NCBI RefSeq assembly: GCF_051903065.1
Contig: NZ_CP178442.1
From: Escherichia coli
GTDB lineage: Bacteria; Pseudomonadota; Gammaproteobacteria; Enterobacterales; Enterobacteriaceae
Direction: 5' to 3' (one strand)
Length of the DNA: 37,672 bases
The notes beneath the pieces are model-generated. The model ran no database searches, had not been told where the DNA came from, and saw only the letters and a program-made list of their open reading frames with translations. The stretch's first letter is position 1; each line of letters begins with the position of its first letter. Position numbers and translations under genes: made by a program. Positions 15,420-23,154 of the stretch are shown in pieces.

Positions 15420-15935
15420 ATGAATATCCAGGAAGCATTAAACGTTTTTGGATTATCCGGCGAATTAACTGAAAAAGATATCAAAGCAGCATACAGAAAA
15501 GCCGCTTTAAAATATCATCCAGATCGTAACCCGTTAGGGGCTGAACTGATGAAAGCGGTAAATGCAGCTTTTGATGTATTGATGGCAAATATTGATAAAA
15601 TAAATCAGTTCCAGAGCACTGATGAACATGCACGATATAATTACGGTGATGACCTGGAAAAAGTATTAAATGTTCTTTCTGGTTTATCTGGTCTGGTATT
15701 TGAAGTGATAGGTAACTGGGTCTGGATTAGTGGAGAAACCCTTACACATAAGGAAACTTTGAAAGAAATCGGGTGTAAATGGGCGGCAAAGAAAAAACAA
15801 TGGTTTTATCGTCCAGACGAACATAAAAGTTACTGGAATCGTGAAGAACACACGATAGAAGAAATCCGCGCAAAATACGGTACAACCGGACAGCGCAGGG
15901 CGACAGGGTGGCAACGCGTGGAAACCAGAGCGTAA
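15420..15935 (+). CDS. J-domain (DnaJ-like) protein, 171 aa
   Basis: N-terminal J domain with HPD tripeptide (KDIKAAYRKAALKYHPDRNP); no Zn-finger/Gly-rich DnaJ regions, so a J-domain-only cochaperone-like protein. Confidence 0.7.
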   Translation: MNIQEALNVFGLSGELTEKDIKAAYRKAALKYHPDRNPLGAELMKAVNAAFDVLMANIDKINQFQSTDEHARYNYGDDLEKVLNVLSGLSGLVFEVIGNWVWISGETLTHKETLKEIGCKWAAKKKQWFYRPDEHKSYWNREEHTIEEIRAKYGTTGQRRATGWQRVETRA

Positions 15936-16039
15936 CCAGAACGGGGGCGAGAAGCCCCCGATATTATAGCCAGCCCGTCTTTTGGGGCATCGAACCCAAA
16001 AAGACGGGAACAGCAGCCACGTAGCAAAAAGGGAAACAG

Positions 16040-16582
16040 ATGAACTCTTTTTTTGAACAATATCACCCTGTCTTTGAAGTTGTCTGCCGTATCCTGGGGA
16101 ACGGCTGGCGCGTGAACAAACTTGATGATTGTTCGTCTCGTATAAAACTGACGTCACCGCAGTTTAAAAATTACTCTGTGCATATTCGGATGGAAAAAGA
16201 CCGGTTTTCTGTTGTGGGGAGTGTGGATAGTCGCTCCTGGCGTAGTCCGCATCATGTTTGCACGTTATCCAGAAAACGGAATCCCGTTGATATTGCAGCC
16301 GATATCGAGCGAAAAATTCTGGTAAATGCTTCGCAGGAGGTGTTACAGGCGATTGAGTATGAGAAACACCAGGTGGAAAAAAAGGACGAAATTCTGATCC
16401 TGAAAGGTATGTTATCGCAACTTGTCCAGCTTGAAAGCTGGTATGGGGCATTGACAGGCTTTAAAGCTGAAAACGGATTGAACGGTAAAGTCACCGAACA
16501 GGGCGACAGTTATGATTTACAGATTCGGGGCTTGAGTATAGATCAACTTGTTAAAATTACAGGGTATTTGAAACAGTTATGA
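16040..16582 (+). CDS. hypothetical protein (180 aa)
   Basis: Intact ORF co-oriented with flanking genes; no recognised motif. Confidence 0.45.
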   Translation: MNSFFEQYHPVFEVVCRILGNGWRVNKLDDCSSRIKLTSPQFKNYSVHIRMEKDRFSVVGSVDSRSWRSPHHVCTLSRKRNPVDIAADIERKILVNASQEVLQAIEYEKHQVEKKDEILILKGMLSQLVQLESWYGALTGFKAENGLNGKVTEQGDSYDLQIRGLSIDQLVKITGYLKQL

Positions 16583-16830
16583 GAAAAAATAAAGGTGATG
16601 TGACTTATTTTCTTGAAAAAGAAGGTGACAATTACAGGCTTACAAAAAGGATAAAAGCCAGAACAAATGTTAAAATCGGGAACAAAACTACGAAAATTAC
16701 ATTGTATGATGCCGTACTGAATGAGAATGAATTACAACATATTGATTTTACGTGTGCCGGATTAAGGGAAGACGATGAGACGCCAGTTAAGAATTTAATT
16801 AAGGAGTTTATGTTAAATGAAACCCGATAA
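16579..16830 (+). CDS. hypothetical protein (83 aa)
   Basis: Start overlaps stop of upstream ORF (ATGA coupling); no recognised motif. Confidence 0.4.
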   Translation: MRKNKGDVTYFLEKEGDNYRLTKRIKARTNVKIGNKTTKITLYDAVLNENELQHIDFTCAGLREDDETPVKNLIKEFMLNETR

Positions 16831-17044
16831 TACACCTGAAAATGTAAAAAAATTACGTTTAAAAGCAGGATTAACACAGAAAGAATGCAGTCATATTTAT
16901 GGTGTTGGGCTAAGAACCTGGCAGAAAAAAGAGGAGGTTAATACTCAAAACAGTCAAAGTCTGTCACTGGTTGAGTTTGAGTTTCTTTTGTTACTTGCAG
17001 GAGAACATCCTGAATACGTGCTCTGCAAAAGGGAGTCAAAATAA
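16817..17044 (+). CDS. small XRE/Cro-type helix-turn-helix protein (75 aa)
   Basis: HTH-like segment LRLKAGLTQKECSHIYGVGLRTWQKKE typical of XRE-family regulators; overlaps upstream ORF. Confidence 0.5.
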   Translation: MKPDNTPENVKKLRLKAGLTQKECSHIYGVGLRTWQKKEEVNTQNSQSLSLVEFEFLLLLAGEHPEYVLCKRESK

Positions 17045-17078
17045 AATGACCTGTGATGGTTTTATATTAGTACCTGGA

Positions 17079-17498
17079 GTTGCGCCCGTAGCTCGCTGAC
17101 GCTCACACGCGCAGTACAGCGCCCCGCCATGCTGCAATGCACCAGGGCGGGGTAAACTCGCTTGCGCTCGCGCTAACTGCGGCATTCTGCGGCGCAAATC
17201 AGCATAATCATAGCCTGCTGGTCAGTTGGGCTTTGCAGGGTGAAGGGATGTCCTGTGCGCCCTGGTACGTTCATCAGCGGCTGCGCCGCGCTTTGGGGCG
17301 ATGTGGCTCCTGTGCTGCCCTGGTATTTTCGTTCGCCCCTTCCATCCGCTTACGCGGATTAAAAAACGTGATAACAATCACTTATCGAGTAAAAAAACGG
17401 GAGAACACTTGCAAATACGACTTAAAGGTCGTATTATTGTTTCATCGAAAGGGGAATGGCCCCTCTCACAATAGCCCAGCAGGGCAGGAGATTTAAAA
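17079..17498 (+). repeat. about 420-bp GC-rich direct repeat, copy 2 (ends at the ATG of the downstream 99-aa gene)
   Basis: Matches 14999-15418 (offset 2080 bp); the only difference seen is the A-run length just before the start codon. Confidence 0.85.
17409..17437 (+). promoter_or_regulatory. near-consensus sigma70 promoter inside repeat copy 2 (TTGCAA -17 bp- TATTAT)
   Basis: Same sequence as 15329-15357, positioned upstream of the ATG at 17498. Confidence 0.45.
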
Positions 17499-17797
17499 TG
17501 AAATGCTCATCTGTTTTTACTTCAACCACTAATCATGTTTTCACATTCGAACGAGTAACGCTTTGCACTATTATCCTTATGCATAAGGATACGGGACAAC
17601 AGTATGTTGTCATATTTACTGATAACAATAAAATTCGTGACTATAAAACCGGAATTGTTCCTCAGTTTGGCGAAATTAAGCAGAGTGATGTTGATTTAGT
17701 CCTTTTCTACAGGGACGAATATGAAAAATATTTTGATTCGTTAAAAGATGGTGATGAATGCTTGAGTTTTAAAGATTTTATTGAGTGCCTTCGTTAA
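17498..17797 (+). CDS. hypothetical protein (99 aa)
   Basis: ATG directly after repeat copy 2 with the same caggag RBS; the ORF-track N-terminus (17456) lies within the repeat and is unlikely to be coding. Confidence 0.45.
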   Translation: MKCSSVFTSTTNHVFTFERVTLCTIILMHKDTGQQYVVIFTDNNKIRDYKTGIVPQFGEIKQSDVDLVLFYRDEYEKYFDSLKDGDECLSFKDFIECLR

Positions 17798-17891
17798 GCA
17801 TTATAAATGCAGGGGGGGGGAACCCTGCATTTTCTGGAAATTTCAATATTGATTCTTAAATTGTCTATTAACATCAATGCAAGGGAAATTC

Positions 17892-18242
17892 ATGAAAACG
17901 TTAAAACAAGCCGCAATGCAGTTTGCATCTGATCTGCGTAATAATCGCTGTTTTAAAGCTGCTTATAATGATGCTCTGTTAGAGCTTGATCGGGAAGATT
18001 TAAACGCCATTGTACAATGCACATTTCTTTTTGAGCCAAAACGAACATTAGCCGAACTTGATAAATTAATTAAAAAGATAGAAGTAGAAGAAGATTATGA
18101 GTTTTGTGTATCCCTTGATAAAGGTAATGGATTACACGAAGTCAGGATATTTAAAAGTGAGCGTGAGGCGTTGGATGCTTATCGCATTTTGACTCTTTAC
18201 GGATACACAGTAACTATAGAAAAGAAGGAGGGTAATGACTGA
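17892..18242 (+). CDS. hypothetical protein (116 aa)
   Basis: Intact ORF; second in-frame Met chosen as start (aagggaaattc upstream); no recognised motif. Confidence 0.4.
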   Translation: MKTLKQAAMQFASDLRNNRCFKAAYNDALLELDREDLNAIVQCTFLFEPKRTLAELDKLIKKIEVEEDYEFCVSLDKGNGLHEVRIFKSEREALDAYRILTLYGYTVTIEKKEGND

Positions 18243-18317
18243 CTATTCAATGTGTGATCAGGTTGTTCCACCAACCTGATCACGTTATCGACAATCAAAA
18301 CTGAATGAGGTTTTTAA

Positions 18318-18455
18318 ATGTCAACGCGGCAGATCGTACAGCTTGCTGATTCCCTTGTCAAAGGCTGGGAAACCAGAATTCCGGCAATGAAATTTAGTGA
18401 ATGGGATCAATTCCGGTGGTGGTTAAACTACTTGCAAGGGTATGAAATGTTTTAA
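18318..18455 (+). CDS. hypothetical small protein (45 aa), below ORF-track size cutoff
   Basis: ATG 18318 preceded by tgagg RBS-like sequence; ORF ends directly before a rho-independent terminator-like hairpin. Confidence 0.3.
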   Translation: MSTRQIVQLADSLVKGWETRIPAMKFSEWDQFRWWLNYLQGYEMF

Positions 18456-18461
18456 ATAAAA

Positions 18462-18490
18462 AAAGGGGCTTTCTGCCCCTTTGTATTTTT
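18462..18490 (+). terminator. rho-independent terminator-like hairpin (aaaggggc-tttct-gccccttt followed by T-run)
   Basis: 8-bp GC-rich stem with 5-nt loop followed by gtatttttt; lies between the small ORF and hicA. Confidence 0.6.
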
Positions 18491-18546
18491 TGACAAAAAT
18501 GCTATGTGTAACTATAATTAGTTGCATATCTATAGGGGATGGATTT

Positions 18547-18795
18547 ATGGGGAAAACAGATAAGCTACTGGCAAAGTTTTTAAACAGTAAAAAAACGTTT
18601 GAATGGGATGAACTGGTCGTTTTGTTTTCCTCTCTGGGGTATGTCAAAAAGGAAATGCAGGGGTCAAGAGTGCGGTTTTTCAATGCTGAAATCAATCACA
18701 CCATATTAATGCATCGTCCACATCCGGAAAGTTATATCAAAGGTGGTACGCTGAAAGCAATTAAACAGAATCTGAAAGAGGCTGGATTATTATGA
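18547..18795 (+). CDS. hicA: HicA-family toxin (mRNA interferase), 82 aa
   Basis: MGKTDKLLAKFL...GYVKKEMQGSRVRFFNAEINHTILMHRPHPESYIKGGTLKAIKQNLKEAGL parallels HicA (GSH..H.....PHP...L..GT...I.KQAGL); overlaps start of a HicB-like gene. Confidence 0.7.
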   Translation: MGKTDKLLAKFLNSKKTFEWDELVVLFSSLGYVKKEMQGSRVRFFNAEINHTILMHRPHPESYIKGGTLKAIKQNLKEAGLL

Positions 18796-19139
18796 AACAT
18801 TTAAAATATAAAGGATATTTAGGCACGGTTGAACCCGATTTTGAAAATAATGTCCTGTATGGAAAACTGGCGTTTATTCGGGACCTGGTAACTTATGAGG
18901 CTTCTACATTAGCTGAACTGGAACAGGAGTTTAAAACATCTGTTGATCTGTATTTACAGTCTTGTGTGGAGGATGGAAAGGAACCTGATACCCCGTTTAA
19001 AGGCGTGTTTAACGTCAGGCTTGATCCAGAACTGCATCGTCGGGTAGCAGAAATGGCGATGGAAGAAGATTTATCGTTGAATGCCTTTGTTAATAAGGCT
19101 CTGGAAAAAGAAGTCAGCAATCATCGCGCAGGGGCTTAA
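18792..19139 (+). CDS. hicB: HicB-family antitoxin with C-terminal RHH DNA-binding domain
   Basis: 115 aa; C-terminal segment GVFNVRLDPELHRRVAEMAMEEDLSLNAFVNKALEKEV is a typical RHH; genetic coupling with hicA. Confidence 0.7.
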   Translation: MKHLKYKGYLGTVEPDFENNVLYGKLAFIRDLVTYEASTLAELEQEFKTSVDLYLQSCVEDGKEPDTPFKGVFNVRLDPELHRRVAEMAMEEDLSLNAFVNKALEKEVSNHRAGA

Positions 19140-19397
19140 TTGCCCTTGTTTTTTTATGCCCTGTAAGGGCATGGGAGGCGCTTTGCGCCGGAAGCCCCGC
19201 AGCGCAGCGAGGACTTAAAAAGCGTTACGGCTTCAGCCGTAACAATTCCCAGCCCTGCCAGGCCTGTTTTTTCTTTCACAAATCTTTCAGCTATACGTTT
19301 GCCAGATGGTCGAAGACGAAAGAACCTTTCAGCAACGAAATCTGGACATATGCCGAGACGATTTTATAGCCATGCACAGTGTCACATATGGTACAAT

Positions 19398-19489
19398 CAA
19401 TGCAGGATAGACAATCATGGTCAAAATGTTAACATTTTATCCATGATTGTCCAAAAACGATGTTTTTGCCTGTGCCTGCCGCAGGCTCT
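19398..19489 (-). promoter_or_regulatory. 92-bp element, inverted copy of 10923..11014; candidate origin of transfer adjacent to the relaxase operon (nic motif TATCCTGC on bottom strand, 19402-19409)
   Basis: Exact reverse-complement identity to 10923-11014; lies 13 bp upstream of the taxA-like gene and is preceded by hairpins (gttacggc-ttca-gccgtaac at about 19216-19235). Confidence 0.55.
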
Positions 19490-19502
19490 GTTGGGGTGAG
19501 TT

Positions 19503-20006
19503 ATGAAGATGATAGCGTTCAGACTTAGTGATGATGAGTTAAAACTTGCAGAGCATAACGCTATATCAAGTGGGTTTACCAGCATCAATACATTTGCCAG
19601 GCATAATGTGCTTAATGTTGATGTTCAACCATCAAATATACCTGTCAGCAATGAATCATCAAAGGCTGTTAAAACCTGTTTATACCCTCATGAAATAGAA
19701 CTTGTTAAACGTAATGCTGCCCTTCACGGCATGAGCATGAGCAGAGAAATTGCTATTCGTGTGCGTCAGTCTTTGTTAAAAAATGAAGTCTGTCTTTACC
19801 CTGATGAAGTTAAGGAACTTAAAAAACTATCAACTGCTGTAGATCGTGTTGGTCGCAACATTCATTTTATCATAAAAGGTGAAAGATTCTGTACGGTTAA
19901 CGATCCTGATTTCAGAAAAGACGTTATTGAAGTGATTGAACTGTGTAAGCAAATTGATTCAAAACTTGAAACGTTAACCAAGAGTGTTGTTAACCGATTT
20001 GGGTGA
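19503..20006 (+). CDS. taxA: relaxosome accessory protein (TaxA-like), RHH-type DNA-binding
   Basis: 167 aa; N-terminal RHH-like MKMIAFRLSDDELKLAEHNAISSGF and a second similar segment; immediately upstream of relaxase gene. Confidence 0.6.
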   Translation: MKMIAFRLSDDELKLAEHNAISSGFTSINTFARHNVLNVDVQPSNIPVSNESSKAVKTCLYPHEIELVKRNAALHGMSMSREIAIRVRQSLLKNEVCLYPDEVKELKKLSTAVDRVGRNIHFIIKGERFCTVNDPDFRKDVIEVIELCKQIDSKLETLTKSVVNRFG

Positions 20007-20009
20007 TTT

Positions 20010-21239
20010 ATGGGTGTGTATGTAGAACAGGAATACCGTATTAAACGCGCTAAAGGGACAGGGCGTGATCCGAAATCTCCTAAGTTATCAGGAAGACATA
20101 TACATGCCAGTAAATCGGCTTTTAATCATAAAGTCAGACATGGCGCAGACAAGAAAGCATATACCTGGACGCCAACAAAAGAAGTCACTTTTAAAATCAC
20201 TGGTTCAGGGAAAACAGCCGCAGGTATCAAAAACGGTATTGATTACATTACCCGTAATGGTGAACTTGAGGCTTACTGTTATGATGGAAAAGGTTCAGAG
20301 CAAACAGGGAAAGGAGAAGACTTTAACAGGGAGTTTACTTCAACTTTATCTAAAGGAAATGATTACTCCAGGACATATCGTGGAGAAAACATCGATCATG
20401 TGAAAAACATGGTCTTTTCACCACCACCAGAAGCTGGAGTAAGCAGGGAAGACGCTCTGAAAGCTACGGTAGAATTTCTTAAAGAGACTTATCCAAACCA
20501 TGCTTTCGTTGCCGTATACCATGATGATAAAGAAGATCATCCTCATGTACATGTTAATATTAAACTTCGTGATGAAGAAACAGGAAGAAGATTAAGACTT
20601 ACTAAATCTGAAACCAGGAAGTTCAGAAACGGTTTTCATAGAAAACTGAAAGGTATGGGATATGATGTTACCGCTACCTGGAAAAAAGATCCCGAACGTA
20701 AACGGGAGATTGAGCGATTACAGGCTGAAAATCCGAAAAGACTCCGGAATGTTTACAAGGTGGTGGATTTTGGGGAGACTTCATATCAGAATAAGGCAGG
20801 GGAAAAACGAACACCTTTCCTCACTTATGAAACTTTAAAAGGTGGAAAACAGGTTACGATTTGGGGTAAAGACCTGAAAAATCATTTCGAGTCTGAAAAG
20901 CTCCAGCCAGGAACGCTTATCAAAGTAAAAAAACTGGCTCCTACGCTTGTACGTAGTCCAATGTTTAATGATGATGGAACTGTTGCAGGCTACAGGGAAA
21001 CGCATCGCAATAACTGGCAGATTGAAAATATTGCCCTTGAGCGGAACAGAGAACGTCAGGTTCATGAGCGTGAAACCAGGCAGCCGGAAGAGAGCGACGT
21101 TAAAAAGCAGCTATCCAGAAAACATGAGCAAGGTCACAATATCGGGTTTGCTCTTGAACACGGGTTTACAAAGGATTCAGAAGAACATAAAAAACTAAGA
21201 ATACAGCAAGAGAGGAACTGGAAAGGCCTGGGATTTTAA
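20010..21239 (+). CDS. taxC: conjugative relaxase, MOBP family (TaxC-like)
   Basis: 409 aa; histidine-triad metal-binding motif HDDKEDHPHVHVNI typical of MOBP relaxases; N-terminal region with candidate catalytic Tyr. Confidence 0.75.
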   Translation: MGVYVEQEYRIKRAKGTGRDPKSPKLSGRHIHASKSAFNHKVRHGADKKAYTWTPTKEVTFKITGSGKTAAGIKNGIDYITRNGELEAYCYDGKGSEQTGKGEDFNREFTSTLSKGNDYSRTYRGENIDHVKNMVFSPPPEAGVSREDALKATVEFLKETYPNHAFVAVYHDDKEDHPHVHVNIKLRDEETGRRLRLTKSETRKFRNGFHRKLKGMGYDVTATWKKDPERKREIERLQAENPKRLRNVYKVVDFGETSYQNKAGEKRTPFLTYETLKGGKQVTIWGKDLKNHFESEKLQPGTLIKVKKLAPTLVRSPMFNDDGTVAGYRETHRNNWQIENIALERNRERQVHERETRQPEESDVKKQLSRKHEQGHNIGFALEHGFTKDSEEHKKLRIQQERNWKGLGF

Positions 21240-21315
21240 TTTGATTTTGGCGCAGGTGAACAAAGCGGCTACTTTGCTCACCTGCTAATCACAACAACCT
21301 ACATGGGAGGTTATC

Positions 21316-21582
21316 ATGACTAAGCATGATGCTATACGCATTTCGCAACTTCATCAAATCTTTCCAGAGGTTCAGTTAACTGAACGACAGAAAGATATTG
21401 CAGTGATGTATGTAATTGGTTGCACAGTTGAGGAAATTGCGTCAGAAAAAGGGATCACGACCGATGGTGTTATGTATCATTTGAATCTGGTAAAAAGAGC
21501 CGTAGGTAGTGCAACTCTGGTAGGAGTGCGCACAACTGCGTTTCTTAGGATGATGGCAATCTTATTAACAAGGGAGTCATAA
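21316..21582 (+). CDS. actX: LuxR-type helix-turn-helix transcriptional regulator (ActX-like activator of transfer genes)
   Basis: 88 aa; LuxR C-terminal HTH signature LTERQKDIAVMYVIGCTVEEIASEKGITTDGVMYHLNLVKRA. Confidence 0.65.
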   Translation: MTKHDAIRISQLHQIFPEVQLTERQKDIAVMYVIGCTVEEIASEKGITTDGVMYHLNLVKRAVGSATLVGVRTTAFLRMMAILLTRES

Positions 21583-21586
21583 CATT

Positions 21587-21820
21587 ATGAGTTATATGAA
21601 AAAAACAAGAATTCTTTCGTTGGTTTTGTTCTCAATTGCATTGAGTGGTTGTGGTGAGGACATCAAGACCGTTGATTGGTGGCGAAATCATCCGGAGGAA
21701 GCGATCTCGAAGGTTGAAGAGTGTAAGAAGTCAGGCGACGTATCGGATAATTGTAAAAACGCCAAGACTGCGTTGTACAAGAATCAGCAACAAGATGCGC
21801 CTGTGCCTCAAATTAATTAA
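21587..21820 (+). CDS. small lipoprotein (77 aa), possible entry-exclusion or T4SS-associated lipoprotein
   Basis: Signal peptide with lipobox LSGC; Cys/Lys-rich mature part; located at head of the T4SS region. Confidence 0.5.
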   Translation: MSYMKKTRILSLVLFSIALSGCGEDIKTVDWWRNHPEEAISKVEECKKSGDVSDNCKNAKTALYKNQQQDAPVPQIN

Positions 21821-21996
21821 AAGATACAACCCAAGCAGGTGTTGATACTAAATTATAGCCGACCAGATGGTCGGTTTTTTTGTGTCCTCACATAAGAGTG
21901 TCCACTAAAGTTTCTGTAGTTGTGTAGTCTCTTTATTTTGATAATCCTATTTGCATCTAGAACGAATCTAAAACATGTCCATAGTGGATTGATTAA

Positions 21997-22173
21997 ATGA
22001 AGGAGAAACCAGATAAGTCATCGGAAAAAGGGGTTTATGTCACGATAAAACTCGATCCCAGGTTGAATGCATTTATCGAAGAGAAAACGAAAACATCTTT
22101 GCTTAGTAAGAGGAAGCAAATTATTTACTTATTAATGCAGAGTATGCGTATTGATGGATATATGGAGCGTTAG
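21997..22173 (+). CDS. small hypothetical protein (58 aa), possible RHH-type regulator; below ORF-track cutoff
   Basis: ATG 21997 with aatgaaggag RBS context; product MKEKPDKSSEKGVYVTIKLDPRLNAFIEEKTKTSLLSKRKQIIYLLMQSMRIDGYMER; ends 2 bp before the pilX1 ATG. Confidence 0.4.
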   Translation: MKEKPDKSSEKGVYVTIKLDPRLNAFIEEKTKTSLLSKRKQIIYLLMQSMRIDGYMER

Positions 22174-22175
22174 CT

Positions 22176-22796
22176 ATGGCGTCTTTATTCCCAGCCTTGT
22201 TGCTGTGTGCGGCGTCAGTTCATCCGGATACGATAAATGATATTGCACGGGTCGAGAGTGGCTTCAATCCTTATGCTGTGGCTGAAATTATTCCTGAAAG
22301 GGAACGCGGTAGCTATGGCAAAAGTGTTATCAGTCATATGCCCAAAAGTAAGGAGGAAGCTCTAACAGTTATCAGAGAAATTGAAAACAGAAAAAGACGT
22401 TATTCTGTCGGATTGATGCAGATTACCAGCAGTAATTTTTCTTTTTATTCCACGTCCGCAGAAAAACTCCTTGATCCGTGTGAAAACTTGTCTGTTTTCG
22501 AAAAGATTATCGTGGATTGTTATAAACGAGGGAGGAGCCTGGAGAATGCGCTTAGTTGTTACTATACAGGAAATTTTAGTAACGGTAAGCGAAAAGAAAA
22601 AGAATTTAATAATACAAGTTATGTTGAGCGAATTGGTTATACAGGGAACGAAAAAAAATATGTTGTACCAGGTACAAGAAGCAACGGGGGAGAACAGCGA
22701 AAAAATCGTTCACACAATGCGTCAGTTATCTGGCCCGAAACCATTCTGAAATCTGCTTTTGTTGATAACTCACATCCAACAAAAGTTATTAATTAA
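22176..22796 (+). CDS. pilX1: VirB1-like lytic transglycosylase
   Basis: SLT-domain motifs (ARVESGFNPYAV, YSVGLMQITSSN); first gene of T4SS cluster. Confidence 0.8.
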   Translation: MASLFPALLLCAASVHPDTINDIARVESGFNPYAVAEIIPERERGSYGKSVISHMPKSKEEALTVIREIENRKRRYSVGLMQITSSNFSFYSTSAEKLLDPCENLSVFEKIIVDCYKRGRSLENALSCYYTGNFSNGKRKEKEFNNTSYVERIGYTGNEKKYVVPGTRSNGGEQRKNRSHNASVIWPETILKSAFVDNSHPTKVIN

Positions 22797-22809
22797 CAGG
22801 ACTTATAAA

Positions 22810-23136
22810 ATGTCATTTAAGAAATCAGTATGTAATCGTATCAGTTCATCTGTCACTGCTGTTATGCAGCGTAAAAATAAGGTAGTTATGGCAGTCGCCG
22901 GGGCAACAGTCGCATCACCAGCCTTTGCGGATGGATTTTCAAAAGCGGAAACACTGCTGGAAAAGGTCAAAACAGGGCTTAGTGGCCTTTCACTGGTCAC
23001 GGTGACTATTGCCTGTCTGTGGGTCGGCTACAAGGTTCTGTTTGGTGGAAGCACGATTCGTGAATGCTCACCTATCATCATCGGGGCAATTGTTATCGCC
23101 AGTGCGGCTGAAGTTGCATCAATGATGGTTAACTAA
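22810..23136 (+). CDS. pilX2: VirB2-like pilin precursor
   Basis: 108 aa from ATG 22810; long signal/leader followed by two hydrophobic segments, typical of VirB2/TrbC pilins. Confidence 0.7.
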   Translation: MSFKKSVCNRISSSVTAVMQRKNKVVMAVAGATVASPAFADGFSKAETLLEKVKTGLSGLSLVTVTIACLWVGYKVLFGGSTIRECSPIIIGAIVIASAAEVASMMVN

Positions 23137-23154
23137 TAAAGCGGGGACGATAGT

